64,000 nt of DNA from positions 17,918,001-17,982,000 of the forward strand of contig CM075982.1 in NCBI GenBank assembly GCA_038087875.1, read 5' to 3'. Position 1 is the stretch's first letter, and each line of letters opens with the position of its first letter. This document shows positions 37,723 through 50,945 of the stretch, piece by piece. The translations under genes were made by a program, and so were the position numbers. Origin of the DNA: Malacoraja senta (Eukaryota). The notes under the pieces were generated by a model that was given only the letters and a program-made list of their open reading frames with translations, made no database searches and was not told where the DNA came from.

Positions 37723-37760
37723 TCAGTCTGAAGAAAGGTCTCGCCCTGAAATATCACTGA
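37723..37760 (+). ncRNA. Minimal hammerhead ribozyme motif at the start of a solo PLE repeat (to about 37820)
   Basis: UCAGU CUGAAGA A AGG-UCUCGC-CCU GAA AUAU C^ACUGA: 5-bp stem I, intact core boxes and a palindromic AUAU stem III. Confidence 0.6.
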
Positions 37761-40167
37761 TCCATGTTCTGCACAGATGCTGCTTGACCCGCTGAGTTAT
37801 TCAGCACTTTGAGTCCTTTTCTGTCTTGAAAAGACATGTTCTGCTCACTCTTTACTCCTGGTTTGCAAATCTATTGAGGCTCTTGGTCCAGCAGTGCTGT
37901 AGCTTTTGTATTCCTCAGGCTTGCTTTCAAGTCTCCCCATGCCCTTGCACTCCTTGCCTCGGTTATCTCCACTGGTTTTCAGATCTTGGGTCAGCATTCC
38001 TTCAATTCAGGTTTCTTGCAACATCCCACTTTTGATTGTTCCATTACTGACAACATGCCCTTCTGCATCTGTCTATCACTATCTTCTTTTAACACAGGCT
38101 TAGTGTTATTTAACCTTAATTCTCCCAAATGTGACGTCTGTAGAGTGGTGGCCATAGTGCAATAGAAAAGATTGCATTCATAGGTGCAGGATAAAACTTC
38201 CACGCATTATAAAAATCTTGTATTGAATACATTATTCCTATCATTCTGAAATGATTTGAAACCCATCTAATTTAGCAACCAGTGCTTAACATTAGGTTCT
38301 CTTAACTACATAATAAGCACAAGTGTTTTAGGCCATGTTGTGCAATGGACATTGTCTAGTTACAGGTTCTATTTCAAAACAGTTCTAGTCCCTTGCACAT
38401 ACTTCAATAACAAATACATTACACCCTTCCAATACAAGTATGTGTACATTTCAGGAAAAGTAATTGTCACCATTGGGGGCACAAGACGAATGATAATTTC
38501 TTCAATCGTTCAAACCATCTTTCAACGTTGTAGCATCAGATTTAAGTATTTTGCTTTCATGTGTCCTATGAATATTAAGAAAACAAGCTGTGCATTCTGT
38601 TTATTAATCAAAAAAATATTAATAAACATTTGATTACCATATGAATTAACAACCAGCCACAAAACTGGTGTAACTCAGCTTGTAATTTAGCAGTTAGTAC
38701 ATTTTCTGTTCTGGGCATTAGGATTGATAGGACATTCTTAAATTAATTGGTACTTGTAACTGAAATTATGATGTTTCCTCATCTCTAGATGTGTTTGAGC
38801 GGTTGGGTCCAGTGGGCAAATCTGAAACCATGTTGCTTTAAAACCACACAGAGCATTGATTAAGGAGGCCTACGGTAACTAAAGCAATGTCGACGATGGC
38901 TGAGGAGCAAAATTGTAGCTTGATTGTGATTAACAACAACAAATCAAAAATGAGCACTTGCATAGATCCTTCTAGAGCTTCCCAGAATGCTTTGCATCCT
39001 CCAATTCTGTCAAAGTGTGGTCACTAATGTACTTTGGAGGTGGTGCAGGGAAGATTCACTGGATTGATTCCTGAGATGAAGAGGTTGTTTTATTGACAAA
39101 TATTGAGTAGAGTGGGCCCATGTTGTCTGGGCTTTACAAGAGTGAGGTGATTGAAACAAAATTCAGAAGGATGGCATGTAGATATTTCTGTTTGGAATTT
39201 TAAAAAAAAGAAAGATTTGGAATAAAGGACTTCACATTTAAGACTGATAAGGAGGAATATCTTTTGGGTTAAGCATCTCTTTAGCCCAGAGAGCTACGGA
39301 TGCTATCATTAAGTGAAGACCGGAGAGAGAAATTTGGATCAAAGGCAGATCACGTATACTGATTGGACCAAGCACCACTTCTGAGTCTTTGTGTGAAGTG
39401 CCAATATAGGGTGGGGGTGAAAAAAACTTGTTTTTGTTTTTGTTGTAGCCTGAAACCACAGCAATACATTATTAGCAGGAACTCAAACCATGTGCATTGT
39501 ACTTGCCAGTTAAAATTGGTTGCCTTAAGGTGCCATTGCTTCCATCTTCAGCTGGTAAAAATTACAATGTTATGCATGGTCCAACATGCCCAGTGGATTG
39601 GAGTCGCTCAGTTATGTGAGTGAATCTCACACAACCAAAGGATTCATTCACTTCACTATCCCTGGGGCAGCTCTTTGGTAGCGCTACTCCATTAATTCCA
39701 ATAACATGCTTTTTGTGCTTAGGCCTGATAAAATGTAAGGTTTTATTCAACGGATGTTGTTATTGCATATCCACTGCTGTTCTTGGGCAGTGAATACCGG
39801 GCCCATACTTTGTGGCTTTGAAATATTGTCCTTGTTGCTATATGCTGCTTATGTTGTCTTACATCTGTCAAAAACAAGAGACATGGATAATTGGTTGCAT
39901 TTGGCTGGTCAAGTAGCATCTGGGTAAAGAACGAAAATTAACATTTTGGATTTTGGATCCAAGACCTTTTGTCAGGTTGGAAGGAAATCGGACGAAAGGG
40001 GAAGGATGGATAAGACAAATGGAATATCTTTGATAGGCCGAGGGCATAAATTATCTGATTGATAGGTTGCTGTGGGCAGAGAGAAAAATAAAAGAATGTA
40101 AAGTCTCTGAAATGCAGATCTGTAGGAAATGTTCAGCAGGTTAGGACATCCTGGATGGTAAACCTGA

Positions 40168-41046
<879 letters not shown>

Positions 41047-43705
41047 GCCATGGGGGGGAGGGGGAAACTGGCTGCTGCAGCTGCGACCGCAGTCTTTTTT
41101 TTTCCACTAGGGTGGGGGAGGGAGAGTTTCTGTTTACCCCCTCCCCTCACTCTCTGACGCCTCTTCGACATTTGCCAAAACACCACTAGCGGAAAGTCAG
41201 ACTTGGCCGTGCTGGTTCGGAATGGGAGCCACACACTGGCATTTGGACTGTTCTGTAGTTAAATAAGTGGAGTTGTTTCATTTAACGTAAAGCTAGAGAG
41301 AAGTAAAACTTGAATGATGAGGTCTGCACAAAAAAATACTCTTGTGGTTTCAGTAACCTCCACTCTTTCAAAAAACTCGTATTAACAAAATACAGTACAA
41401 GATATTTTATTTATATTAATTTGCCTATTTAAAAAAAAGACTAATTTATGAAGCCGTAGATGTGTTTCCAGGCTCTCATTTCCCTAAATTAGGAACTGAT
41501 TATGGCTCATGTCCTGAAATAAATGATTTGCAAAGACCAATATTTCTAGATTTAAATAATAGAACAATTGAGATCTAGTAGCATCATACCTAGTTCAAAA
41601 CTGCTGGCAGATGTACTTTTCACTGGAAAGACTTCTGCTTTTTTTAATGATTTAGAGCAACCCTTGTTAGCCAATTGGATTTTTTGTGCCTACCATTGTT
41701 TAACCAAAGGCATTTCAGACCAGAGATTAGTTCTTGTTACTACTTAGACCCCTCTACATGTTACTGAAAGCATAGGATCATTTGTTTGGGTCAGGCTGAA
41801 TCAAGGGCAGATTTCATAAAAGAAATATAATGGGAATTGATCTTCAAGCAGCTTATTTGGTTTTTTTTAAAGAGATGCACTTGCCTATTATGCTGTCTTA
41901 TCAAGTGTAATATGATTATTATGCTTCAATATTGTGCATGCTGGTGATGTATTTAAGCAGTAGCTCAGATTTATTAACTTATAGATGTGATGTATTCTAA
42001 TGGCAAAAATACTAGTCTTCATATGTAACTGATTTGCTGGAGTATGCTCTACCCAAATGATCGTAACAGTTGATTGGTCTGTTATGGACATTACTATAGT
42101 GACATGCAATTATGTAATTGACTTGTTGAAAGCACCAGTGTTCTAGCTTAATCTTGATGTCTGGTGTTTTGTTATAGTGAAATTATTACAGTGTAGGAGC
42201 TTTTACCAGAACTTGTTAGTATGAAGCTTCTGTTTGTGCTTTTGTCATGTTATGCAGTGAACTCTTACAGTTTGAGCAAGTGACTTGATTATTTTACCTC
42301 CAACCCAGTGTATCTGTGGGGAAACCCTTCCACACAATGGACCATTCCTTGGCAATTTTCTCAGTGATGGAATATCTTGAATGTGAGTCATTATGTAGCA
42401 GTCGCACACAGGCTAATAAAATCGCAAATCAGTTCTTCTGCTTATGTAGAATTCTTCCGCCTGCTTCACTGTCTGTGTTCGGGGGTGCTCCAAAGGCAAT
42501 GGAAGCTGAGGATGGAATTGAGGCCTGGAAGTGATGCTGGGAATGATGAGGGGGGGGGGGGGGGGTTCTATTTCCATTCTGTTGCTGTAACTTCAACAAT
42601 GACTCTCAGAAGCACCGAGGTGTAAGGGTCCTTTGCTTATTGATCCACATGAGTATCAGCTCCTGTGATGTCTGCATAGGCGAGATTTCAAAAAGGCTTC
42701 TGTCGTCACAATCTGCAGAGTTACTTTTTATGCCCACCATGACAGGCAGAATTGCATGATTAATTCTTTCTGATGATATCATAAGCTGTTCATATCGGAG
42801 TCAATGCCACCTGAACCAATTCAATTTGTTGATACTATTCCTCTTTATGGATACCTGATGCGCCAATTTGCCTGCAGCGCTCCCGCAAAACAAACCTTTT
42901 AAAATTAGTGGGTCATTTTTAAGTGCTTTGGGATGTACCATCAGAACTAAGATCTTTCTTTCACAATCCCCACGGCAGTACATTTTGAACCTCTTTACAA
43001 CGAAGGTGTTGATGGGACTAAGTTCCTATCTCAAATATGTTCATACCACATTAATGTAGGTTTGACCACAACTTTGCTGAAGGAAGTTTCTTGTGCACTT
43101 TGTCTAATTTCATATTCTGACTTCAATAACATGAAGTACATTAAAACTTCAATACTTAGCCAAATGTTGGCAATAGTGACCTATACATTCTATTTATTTT
43201 ACAGATCTGGGAAGTGCTTGGTGTAGTTATCAGGATTATGATAATTAACATTTCCTGTTAAACACAATGGGGGAGCAGTTTTCAAACTGAACTGGAGTGA
43301 GTTATGTCCTGAAATAGTGTCTTCTGCTTCCTCAGCTTCCTCTCAAGTAGGTTGGCTTTTTTTATTTAAGCTTTGTGATGCATTACTTCTATTTAGGTGC
43401 ACCATATGCTACGGTTTGCACACTTTCCATACAATCCAATATTCCCCATTTCCCACAGTAGCGCAGTGACAATTATAGCTACTGCGGGCTCATCCTTCCT
43501 TAATACAGAGAGCCTGCTTGCAGCTGCTGAGACTCCCTGACCATAACAGGAAGACTCCTTCTGGGCCATTCAGTCACAGTCCAACTTTAGCTGACATTTG
43601 AGCAAAGCAACTTTCTGCCTGGTATGTGGCTGCGGTTCTTTTTAAAAAAAAAGCTGATGCTAATTTCTTGAATTTGTTGCAATAAACCCCATTCTGCAAT
43701 AGGGT
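41047..43705 (+). other. YWHAG: Probable YWHAG 3' UTR (about 2.65 kb)
   Basis: No recognisable transposon pieces here, unlike the flanks. AATAAA at 41518, 42415 and 43681; the distal signal gives a length comparable to the long mammalian UTR (inference). Confidence 0.6.
43681..43686 (+). terminator. Candidate distal polyadenylation signal
   Basis: AATAAA preceded by U-rich sequence, at the end of the repeat-free block. Confidence 0.5.
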
Positions 43706-45882
43706 ATAGGCAAACTAACACTGTCGAGATTATGTATAGCTTTCAACGTGGGTATTGCTCAGCGGGTAGCTTCTGACTTCTAGCCGTGAAGATGGTAATT
43801 GATTCAGCCAGAGGGATTCAGATTTTTTTGTGTGTGCGTGTATGTGTGTGTGTTGCTTGCTTTCGTTCATTTTTGTTGAATGCCAGACACTGAAAATTAG
43901 GGAGTTCTTGCCGTCCCACAGTTTTGTAGTTCAACTTTATACAGATAATGAGTATGATCGAGCATTGCCAAATAATACTGATATGGAAAGGCATTTCCGT
44001 CTTGGAGCAACACAAGACATGACGTCATGGTGAATTCATGCTGACTGAGCTGCTAGTGATTGAACAGCTGAGGCTATTTGGTGCTGCTCTGGCCCAAAAC
44101 CAAGGCTTTTACTGACAAATTAATTTTTTGGCGAACCTAAAATTATGCTTTGCCTTCATTTTGACAGAAAATGTGGGGGCACCAAAGCAAAATACTAAGG
44201 ATGTTGGAAGTCTGAATTTTATTTGGGGGGGGGGAGGGGGCAGTTGTTGAAATGGGTGAAACAGCATCAGTGGAGAGAGAAATAGTCAATATTTTGAGTT
44301 AATGACAGGATTTCAGAAGGATTGAGGTACTCCTACCTCCAGCCATAATCTTTCAACGGACCACCTTTTAAGGAGCACGGTGAAAGTTTTGGATTGTGAA
44401 GAAATTGCAATTTTTAAGATGCAATGTTTCTCCAGCATGGTCAAACTATGATTAATCCTGTATTGGAGATTTTATGGAGCATGATCTAAAAAATGGCAGA
44501 GCTGAACCTTAAAACAAAAATTTGATGACATATGAACGACCAATGCCACTGGCAAAGCAGAAGGAGTACTATTATTAACACTTAAGTGCGGAGACATCTT
44601 GCTTGTATTAAACGACTTTTTCTGGAATTTGGCTTGGCTGTGCAATTTGCTGAGAGATTATGATGGAGGAGTCTGAAATGTTGGTTGTGAGTATAACTGT
44701 GAAGCTGATGCTTAACTAATCTGTAAGTCTGATCTCCCAATTAAGGCACCAGGCCCAGGATGTTCATGAGGAAACCTTTGCAAGCTCAACAAAACTGGGG
44801 ATGAATTTGCCACGTCCGAGTCAACTGTAGGTCAATGCCGAGCGGTCCATCCAGTTCTATTCTGAGTTCAACTTTGTGTTTTTCAATCAGCATTTGAGAG
44901 GGCAATTAAGAATCAACCACTCTGCTGTGGGTCTGGAAGCCCTCTTCAGCCAGACGTGGTTTGGACTTGATTTCCTTTTGCAAAGGATATTAAAATCATC
45001 CCTGGCTAAATCATACCTGTGCATTGATCACAACTTCCCGTGCTTTCTCCATGTTTCTTGTTTCTCTTATGATTCAGCACAGCTGCAATGGGTCAAATAA
45101 TTTCCATCAGTGAGGAGAGATTTGATTAAATTTATCACAAAAATAACAAAACTGGGGAACCTTAGTAAAGAGTTTCTTCATTGTTTGTAAGAACCTTAAG
45201 TTTTACAAGAGCCTAAAGATTGTAGAGTGCCAGTAAAGACAGCAGTGACATTTGCAAACATCAATAGGGCCCAAGGCCTCATTGTGCACTCTAGCCGTAA
45301 CAGGAAGGCTAATGTCCTATTTGACGCTGGATCTGAAGGGTTGGGCATTGGGATGCAGAGACACCAAGTAATTGGGTGCCTGATGCTTGGGTTAATCAGA
45401 GCCTCAGAGAGGTTGAGATCTGGGCTGATTGAGGATTAAGGATTGGGTGGAGCAGATTGTGAGGGGGTACCTAAGGAGGATAGGGGTTGGCTGGAGACAT
45501 GTGGATTAGGGTATTGTATGTGAGGTGATCAGATTAATGCACAATGCTCTGGATGGGAGAGCGTTCCTTCTGTATCTTTTCAATGATTCTTTCACAGGTA
45601 GCTGTCTCTATTAGAAGCCATGTAATAAAATGACAGGATGATTGCAGGTGCCTCCAAACCACTCTCAGCATCAGAAACAAGGTACACCAACATGGGAAGA
45701 ATGTTACCAGTAAAGTATGTTTCTTTACACCCACCTCTTGAGGGAAAATTTGTAATAGGAATATCACCAACGTTAAATAAAATCTGCAAGCAAACTCTAT
45801 GTAGAAAGCCTGCGAGACTTCAATAATTTTCCAGTAATTTTAAATATCAGACATGAAATAGTATAGACAGCGCACAAAATGT

Positions 45883-46160
45883 GCAGCACCGTGGTGCAGC
45901 TGCTAGAGCTGCTGTCTCACAGCACCACAGACATAAGTTGGATCCTGACCTCTGTGTGGAGTTTGCATGTTCTCTCTCTGACTGCATGGGTTTCCTCCCA
46001 CATTCCGAAGACATAGTTTTGTAGATTAATTGGCCTCTAAGTTTACCCCTAGAGTAGGGACTGGATGTGAGGTTAAATAATGTAGAATCAGTGTGGATGT
46101 GGGATCGATCATTGGTGTGGGATATAGGGCCTGTTTATATTTGGGTGTTTATCTTTAAAT
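45883..46160 (+). mobile_element. Older HE1-like V-SINE
   Basis: GCAGCACCGTGGTGCAGCTGCTAGAGCTGCTGTCTCACAGCACC head and GGAGTTTGCATGTTCTC core. Confidence 0.7.
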
Positions 46161-46733
46161 TCGAGTAAAATCTGCTGGAATCATCTCATCATCCTTCACT
46201 ATAATAAGGAAATCAAGTAAGAGGTAGCTGGTCATTTTTAGAAACTTACTAAAAAAACTGACACTGGTTTCATGGGGGATAAAAATAATAATATTTCACT
46301 AATTTGCTGCAGTTCTTTGAAGGAGTTCAAAGCAGTCATGAAAGGAGAACCTGAAGAAGTAGTGTATTTGGAATTTCAGACATTTAACAACTTGTAATGT
46401 TAAAGCCAGGTGCACAAGGTAAAAGATCCTGGAATCGGGGAAATCAGCCCTATCTCCAACATGGACTGCAGAGAGGTTAATGCGAGTTACCAGTCCAATG
46501 GCAAGGATATCCAAGATGATTGGACAGCTGGAATAAAAATGCAACACATGTGGAGAAGGAAGCAGCTTTTGTTTCAGATTTCCAGTATTTGGAATTCTTT
46601 AGCGATTCACACTGGAGGATCGGATCTGCTGCACAGTCTACAGACGTACACTCTGCATAAAAACGCTAGCACATGCAAGCGCTAGTCTGTGTCCTTTATG
46701 AGAGACTTCCCCTTCACAGACACAGTTTTCTCC

Positions 46734-46830
46734 TAAGATAGACACAAAATGCTGGAGTAACTCCGGGTTAGGCAGCATCACAGGAGAACATGTATGGGTG
46801 GTGTTTTGGGTTGGAAACCTTTAGACCCTT
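46734..46830 (-). mobile_element. Solo PLE terminal repeat
   Basis: AAGATAGACACAAAATGCTGGAGTAACTCCGGGTTAGGCAGCATC. Confidence 0.75.
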
Positions 46831-47479
46831 CAAAACATAGTTCTCTCTTTCCTTCTATCATCTCGCCTCCTCTGCATATCCCAAAGCCGTTACCACTAAC
46901 AGCCTCACTCTCCCTTCCCTCAATTCTCTATCTCTATCATCTTCCCCTAAATCACTTTCCCTTTTAGCTCCTTCTGCTCTAGGTTCCCCTACTCCACTCC
47001 TAGACTTCACCCTCGTCTTCTCTTCTCCAGTTGCGACTGCTGTATCTTTCAAATAATGAGGTTAGTCACCACCTTCAAGGCTTCTCCCTGGTTACCAATT
47101 ACCTTTCATGCCCCTCAACCTGAGGTCCACATGTTCTAGTCCAGAATCACTGAATGTCTCCTGGAACTCTTGGGGGAACCTCCAGCTGCCCATCGATGCC
47201 AGCAGATTGTCATCCCCAGTGCTCTGCACAAGAGATAGCATATCCAATGTGCAGTTTCCTGTCCACTGGATGCGAGTTCATTCTGCATGGGTGGGAGCAT
47301 CTCATTTGGCTGCCATCCCAATTAGTGTATACAGATTCTATGCTCAGCTGATCTCTGTCTCTGATGCTCTTAAGGCTCACCAATCCTCTGTTTCCTGTGC
47401 TCCCCTAAAAACCATGGGGCTTATCATATTTACAAAGACATGGTGAATCTCTCTGAACAACAATGTTGCAGTACCTTAT

Positions 47480-47830
47480 AGTCAAGTTGAGTTTCTTGTC
47501 TGTATAGTTAGGTACAGGCACAATGAAACTTTCTTTCAGCAGCATCATAGGAACAGAGGATCAGACAACACGCAGAAACATAGATGATGCATAAATTGCA
47601 TAAATTCCACACAACAGTAAATGCAAAACACTATTAGAATACACGTCCATAGTAGTGCGAGAGATGTCTTGTATTCCAATGCTGACTAGGAACAGTATTG
47701 TGCAAGTCTATTCAAGAACCTGATAGTTGTTCGATAGTCGCTATACCTGAATCTCGTGGTATGTGACTTCAGGCTTCTGTACCTCTTGCCTGATGGTAGC
47801 AGCGAGAAGAGGGCACGGTCTGGATGATGA
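47480..47830 (-). mobile_element. Rex1/Babar-type LINE 3' fragment
   Basis: The minus strand at 47740-47825 has degenerate HP..LFSLLPSGKRYRSL..T.RF homology. Confidence 0.55.
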
Positions 47831-47936
47831 AAGCCTTTCAAAGTCATAGATCATCACCGGCTTTATAATCATAATTTGCCAAAACCACCCACATCTTGAA
47901 AAATGAATAAGTGATGAAAATAGCATCAACATGCTG

Positions 47937-49445
47937 CATATAGATACATAGATACATAGAAAATAGGTGCAGGAGTAGGCCATTCGGCCCTTCGAGCCTG
48001 CACCGCCATTCAATATGATCATGGCTGATCATCCAACTCGGTATCCCGTACCTGCCTTCTCTCTATACCCCCTGATCCCTTTAGCCACAACGGCCACATC
48101 TAACTCCCTCTTAAATATAGCCAATGAACTGGCTTCAACTACCCTCTGTGGCAGAGAGTTCCAGAGATTCACCACTCTCTGCGTGAAAAAGTTTTTCCTC
48201 ATCTCGGTCTTAAAGGATTTCCCCCTTATCCTTAAGCTGTGACCCCTTGTCCTGGACTTCCCCAACATCGGGAACAATCTTCCTGCATCTAGCCTGTCCA
48301 ACCTCATAAGAATTTTGTACGTTTCTATAAGATCCCCTCTCAATCTCCTAAATTCTAGCGAGTATAAGCCAAGTCTATCCAGTCTTTCTTCATATGAAAG
48401 TCCTGACATCCCAGGAATCAGTCTGGTGAACCTTCTCTGCACTCCCTCTATGGCTATAATGTCCTTCCTCAGATTTGGAGACCAAAACTGTACGCAATAC
48501 TCCAGGTGTGGTCTCACCAAGACCCTGTACAACTGCAGTAGAACCTCCCTGCTCCTATACTCAAATCCTTTTGCTATGAAAGCTAACATACCATTCGCTT
48601 TCTTCACTGCCTGCTGCACCTGCATGCCTACTTTCAATGACTGGTGTACCATGACACCCACGTCTCGCTGCATCTCCCCATTTCCTAATCGGCCACCATT
48701 TAGATAATAGTCTGCTTTCCTGTTTTTGCCACCAAAGTGGATAACCTCACATTTATCCACATTATACTGCATCTGCCAAACATTTGCCCACTCACCCAGC
48801 CTATCCAAGTCACCTTGCAGCCTCCTAGCATCCTCCTCACAGCTAACACTGCCCCCCAGCTTAGTGTCATCCGCAAACTTGGAGATGTTGCCTTCAATTC
48901 CCTCATCCAGTTCATTAATATAAATTGTAAATAGCTGGGGTCCCAGCACTGAGCCTTGCGGTACCCCACTAGTCACTGCCTGCCATTGTGAAAAGGACCC
49001 GTTTACTCCTACTCTTTGCTTCCTGTTTGCCAGCCAGTTCTCTATCCACATCAATACTGAACCCCCAATACCGTGTGCTTTAAGTTTGTATACTAATCTC
49101 TTATGTGGTACCTTGTCGAAAGCCTTCTGAAAGTCCAGATACAACACATCCACTGGTTCTCCCCTATCCACTCTACTAGTTACATCCTCGAAAAATTCTA
49201 TAAGATTCGTCAGACACGATTTACCTTTCGTAAATCCATGCTGACTTTGTCCAATGATTTCACCACTTTCCAAATGTGCTGCTATCCCATCTTTAATAAC
49301 TGACTCTAGCAGTTTCCCCACTACCGATGTTAGACTAACTGGTCTGTAATTCCCTGTTTTCTCTCTCCCTCCCTTCTTAAAAAGTGGGGTTACGTTTGCT
49401 ACCCTCCAATCCTCAGGAACTACTCCAGAATCTAAAGAGTTTAAA
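47937..49445 (-). mobile_element. Young CR1 (HER1-type) LINE, 5'-truncated, with an uninterrupted 473-aa RT frame
   Basis: ORF 48029..49450: VPEDWRVANVTPLFKKG..NYRPVSLTS..QHGFTKGKSCLTNL..DFQKAFDKVPH..GVPQGSVLGPQLFTIYINELD..KFADDTKL..YCVQFWSP..FFTQRVVNLWNSLP. Ends in (TATCTATG)n octamer repeats typical of CR1. Confidence 0.97.
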
Positions 49446-50019
49446 TTCAAGAAAATTTAAATGCCAGAAATTTAAGAGTAACAACAAAAAGAGATGACGA
49501 CTGCCAGGGCTGGCAGCATTTAAACCATGACCTGTGGGAGCTGATTTGTTGACACACAACCAAAAAAGGCATTTTCACAGCTGCAGACTTCTAATCCCAA
49601 GTTCCCACATTAGAGGAATGAAAGCTTTGAGTCACAACCATTATTGTAGCAGTTCAAGTCCTTTTCTCAAGACAAGGAATTTCTGAGAAATGAGCGTCTG
49701 CAACCAGACTCCATGCACCTCTAGGCAATATAAAGAACATGTAAAGGGATGCAAGAAAACTGCTGTGACCATATCACCTGGCTATTCAAAAGGGCAGTGT
49801 GTTACTGAGAAATATACCCAAACATTCAAGAGAACGCAAAGTGACAAAGAAAAACCCTTATCTTAATGTTAACCTGAGCAATGCCACTTACCTGAAATTG
49901 CCAACCACGCTACTGAATGGGGAAAAGAGCAAGACAACTTTGTCAAACAAATATATTCTCCACAACACCAAGGAGAAGGAAGACAATGATTGAATGATGC
50001 ACATGTAATTAGAGGTTAA

Positions 50020-50945
50020 TATAGTCATAAAGTGAAACAGTATGGAAACAGGCCCTTCGGCCCAACTCGCCCACACTGGGCAACAATGTCCCAGCTACCC
50101 TAGTTCCACCTGCCTGCGCTTGGTCCATAACCCTCCAAACCTGTCCTATCCATGTACCTGTCCAACTATTTCTTAAACGATGGGATAGTCCCAGCCTCAA
50201 CTACCTCCTCTGGCAGCTTGTTCCATACACCCACCACCCTCTGTGTGAAATAGTTACCTCTCAGATTCCTATTAAATCTTTTCCCCTTCACCTTGAACCT
50301 ATGTCCTCTGGTCCTCGATTTCCCTACTCTGGGCAAGAGACTCTGTGCATCTACCCGATCTATTCCTCTCATGATTTTATATACCTCTATATGATCTACC
50401 CTCATCCTTCTTCTTCTTCTCCAAGGAATAGAGACCCAGCCTACTCAATCTCTCCCTATAGCTCACACCCTCTACTCCTGGCAACATTCTCGTAAATATT
50501 TTCTGAACCCTTTCAAGCTAAACAATATCTTTCCTATAACATGATGCCCAGAACTGAACACAATATTCTAAATGCGGTCTCACCAACATCTTATACAACT
50601 GCAACATGACCTCCCAACTTCTATACTCAATACTCTGACTGATGAAGGCTAAAGTGCCAAAAGCCTTTTTAACCACCTTATCTACCTGCGACTCGACCTT
50701 CAAGGAAACATGCATTTGTACTCCTAGATCCCTCTGCTCTACAACTAGGGGCCTACCATGTACTGTGTAGGTCCTGCCCTTGTTCGACGTCCCAAAATGC
50801 AACAACTCGCACTTCCATCAACCATTCCTCCGCCCACCTGGCCAACTGGCCAATCGATCCAGATTCTGCTGCAGTCTTTCACAACCATCTTCACTATCTG
50901 CAAAACCACTAACTTTTGTATCATCAGCAAACTTGTTAATCTTGC
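50020..50945 (-). mobile_element. CR1 LINE 3' fragment, same subfamily as 26955-28690
   Basis: KFADDTKV, LVRPHLEYCVQFW, TRGHRFKVKGKRFNRNLRGNYFTQRVV. Confidence 0.93.

Larger units (their letters stand above)
36063..38245. repeat. Pair of inverted repeats of about 150 bp (36063-36213 and 38095-38245) bracketing about 1.9 kb
   Basis: AAGTTTTATCCTGCACCTATGAATGCAAT..GTCACATTTGGGAGA.TTAAGGTTAAATAACACTAA.CCTG is present on both strands. The ORF track shows SHLG(D/E)LRLNNTKP on + at 36171 and on - at 37991. Confidence 0.9.

Noticed and set aside
4161-37760. Idea that all sense-strand intronic hammerheads were selectively inactivated
   Set aside because: The sense copy at 37723 keeps its core, an antisense copy (23440) is mutated, and CpG decay explains most lesions. 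The sample is too small.
46858-47052. Charged 64-aa minus-strand ORF
   Set aside because: It arises from a pyrimidine-rich low-complexity tract; no recognisable homology or splice signals.
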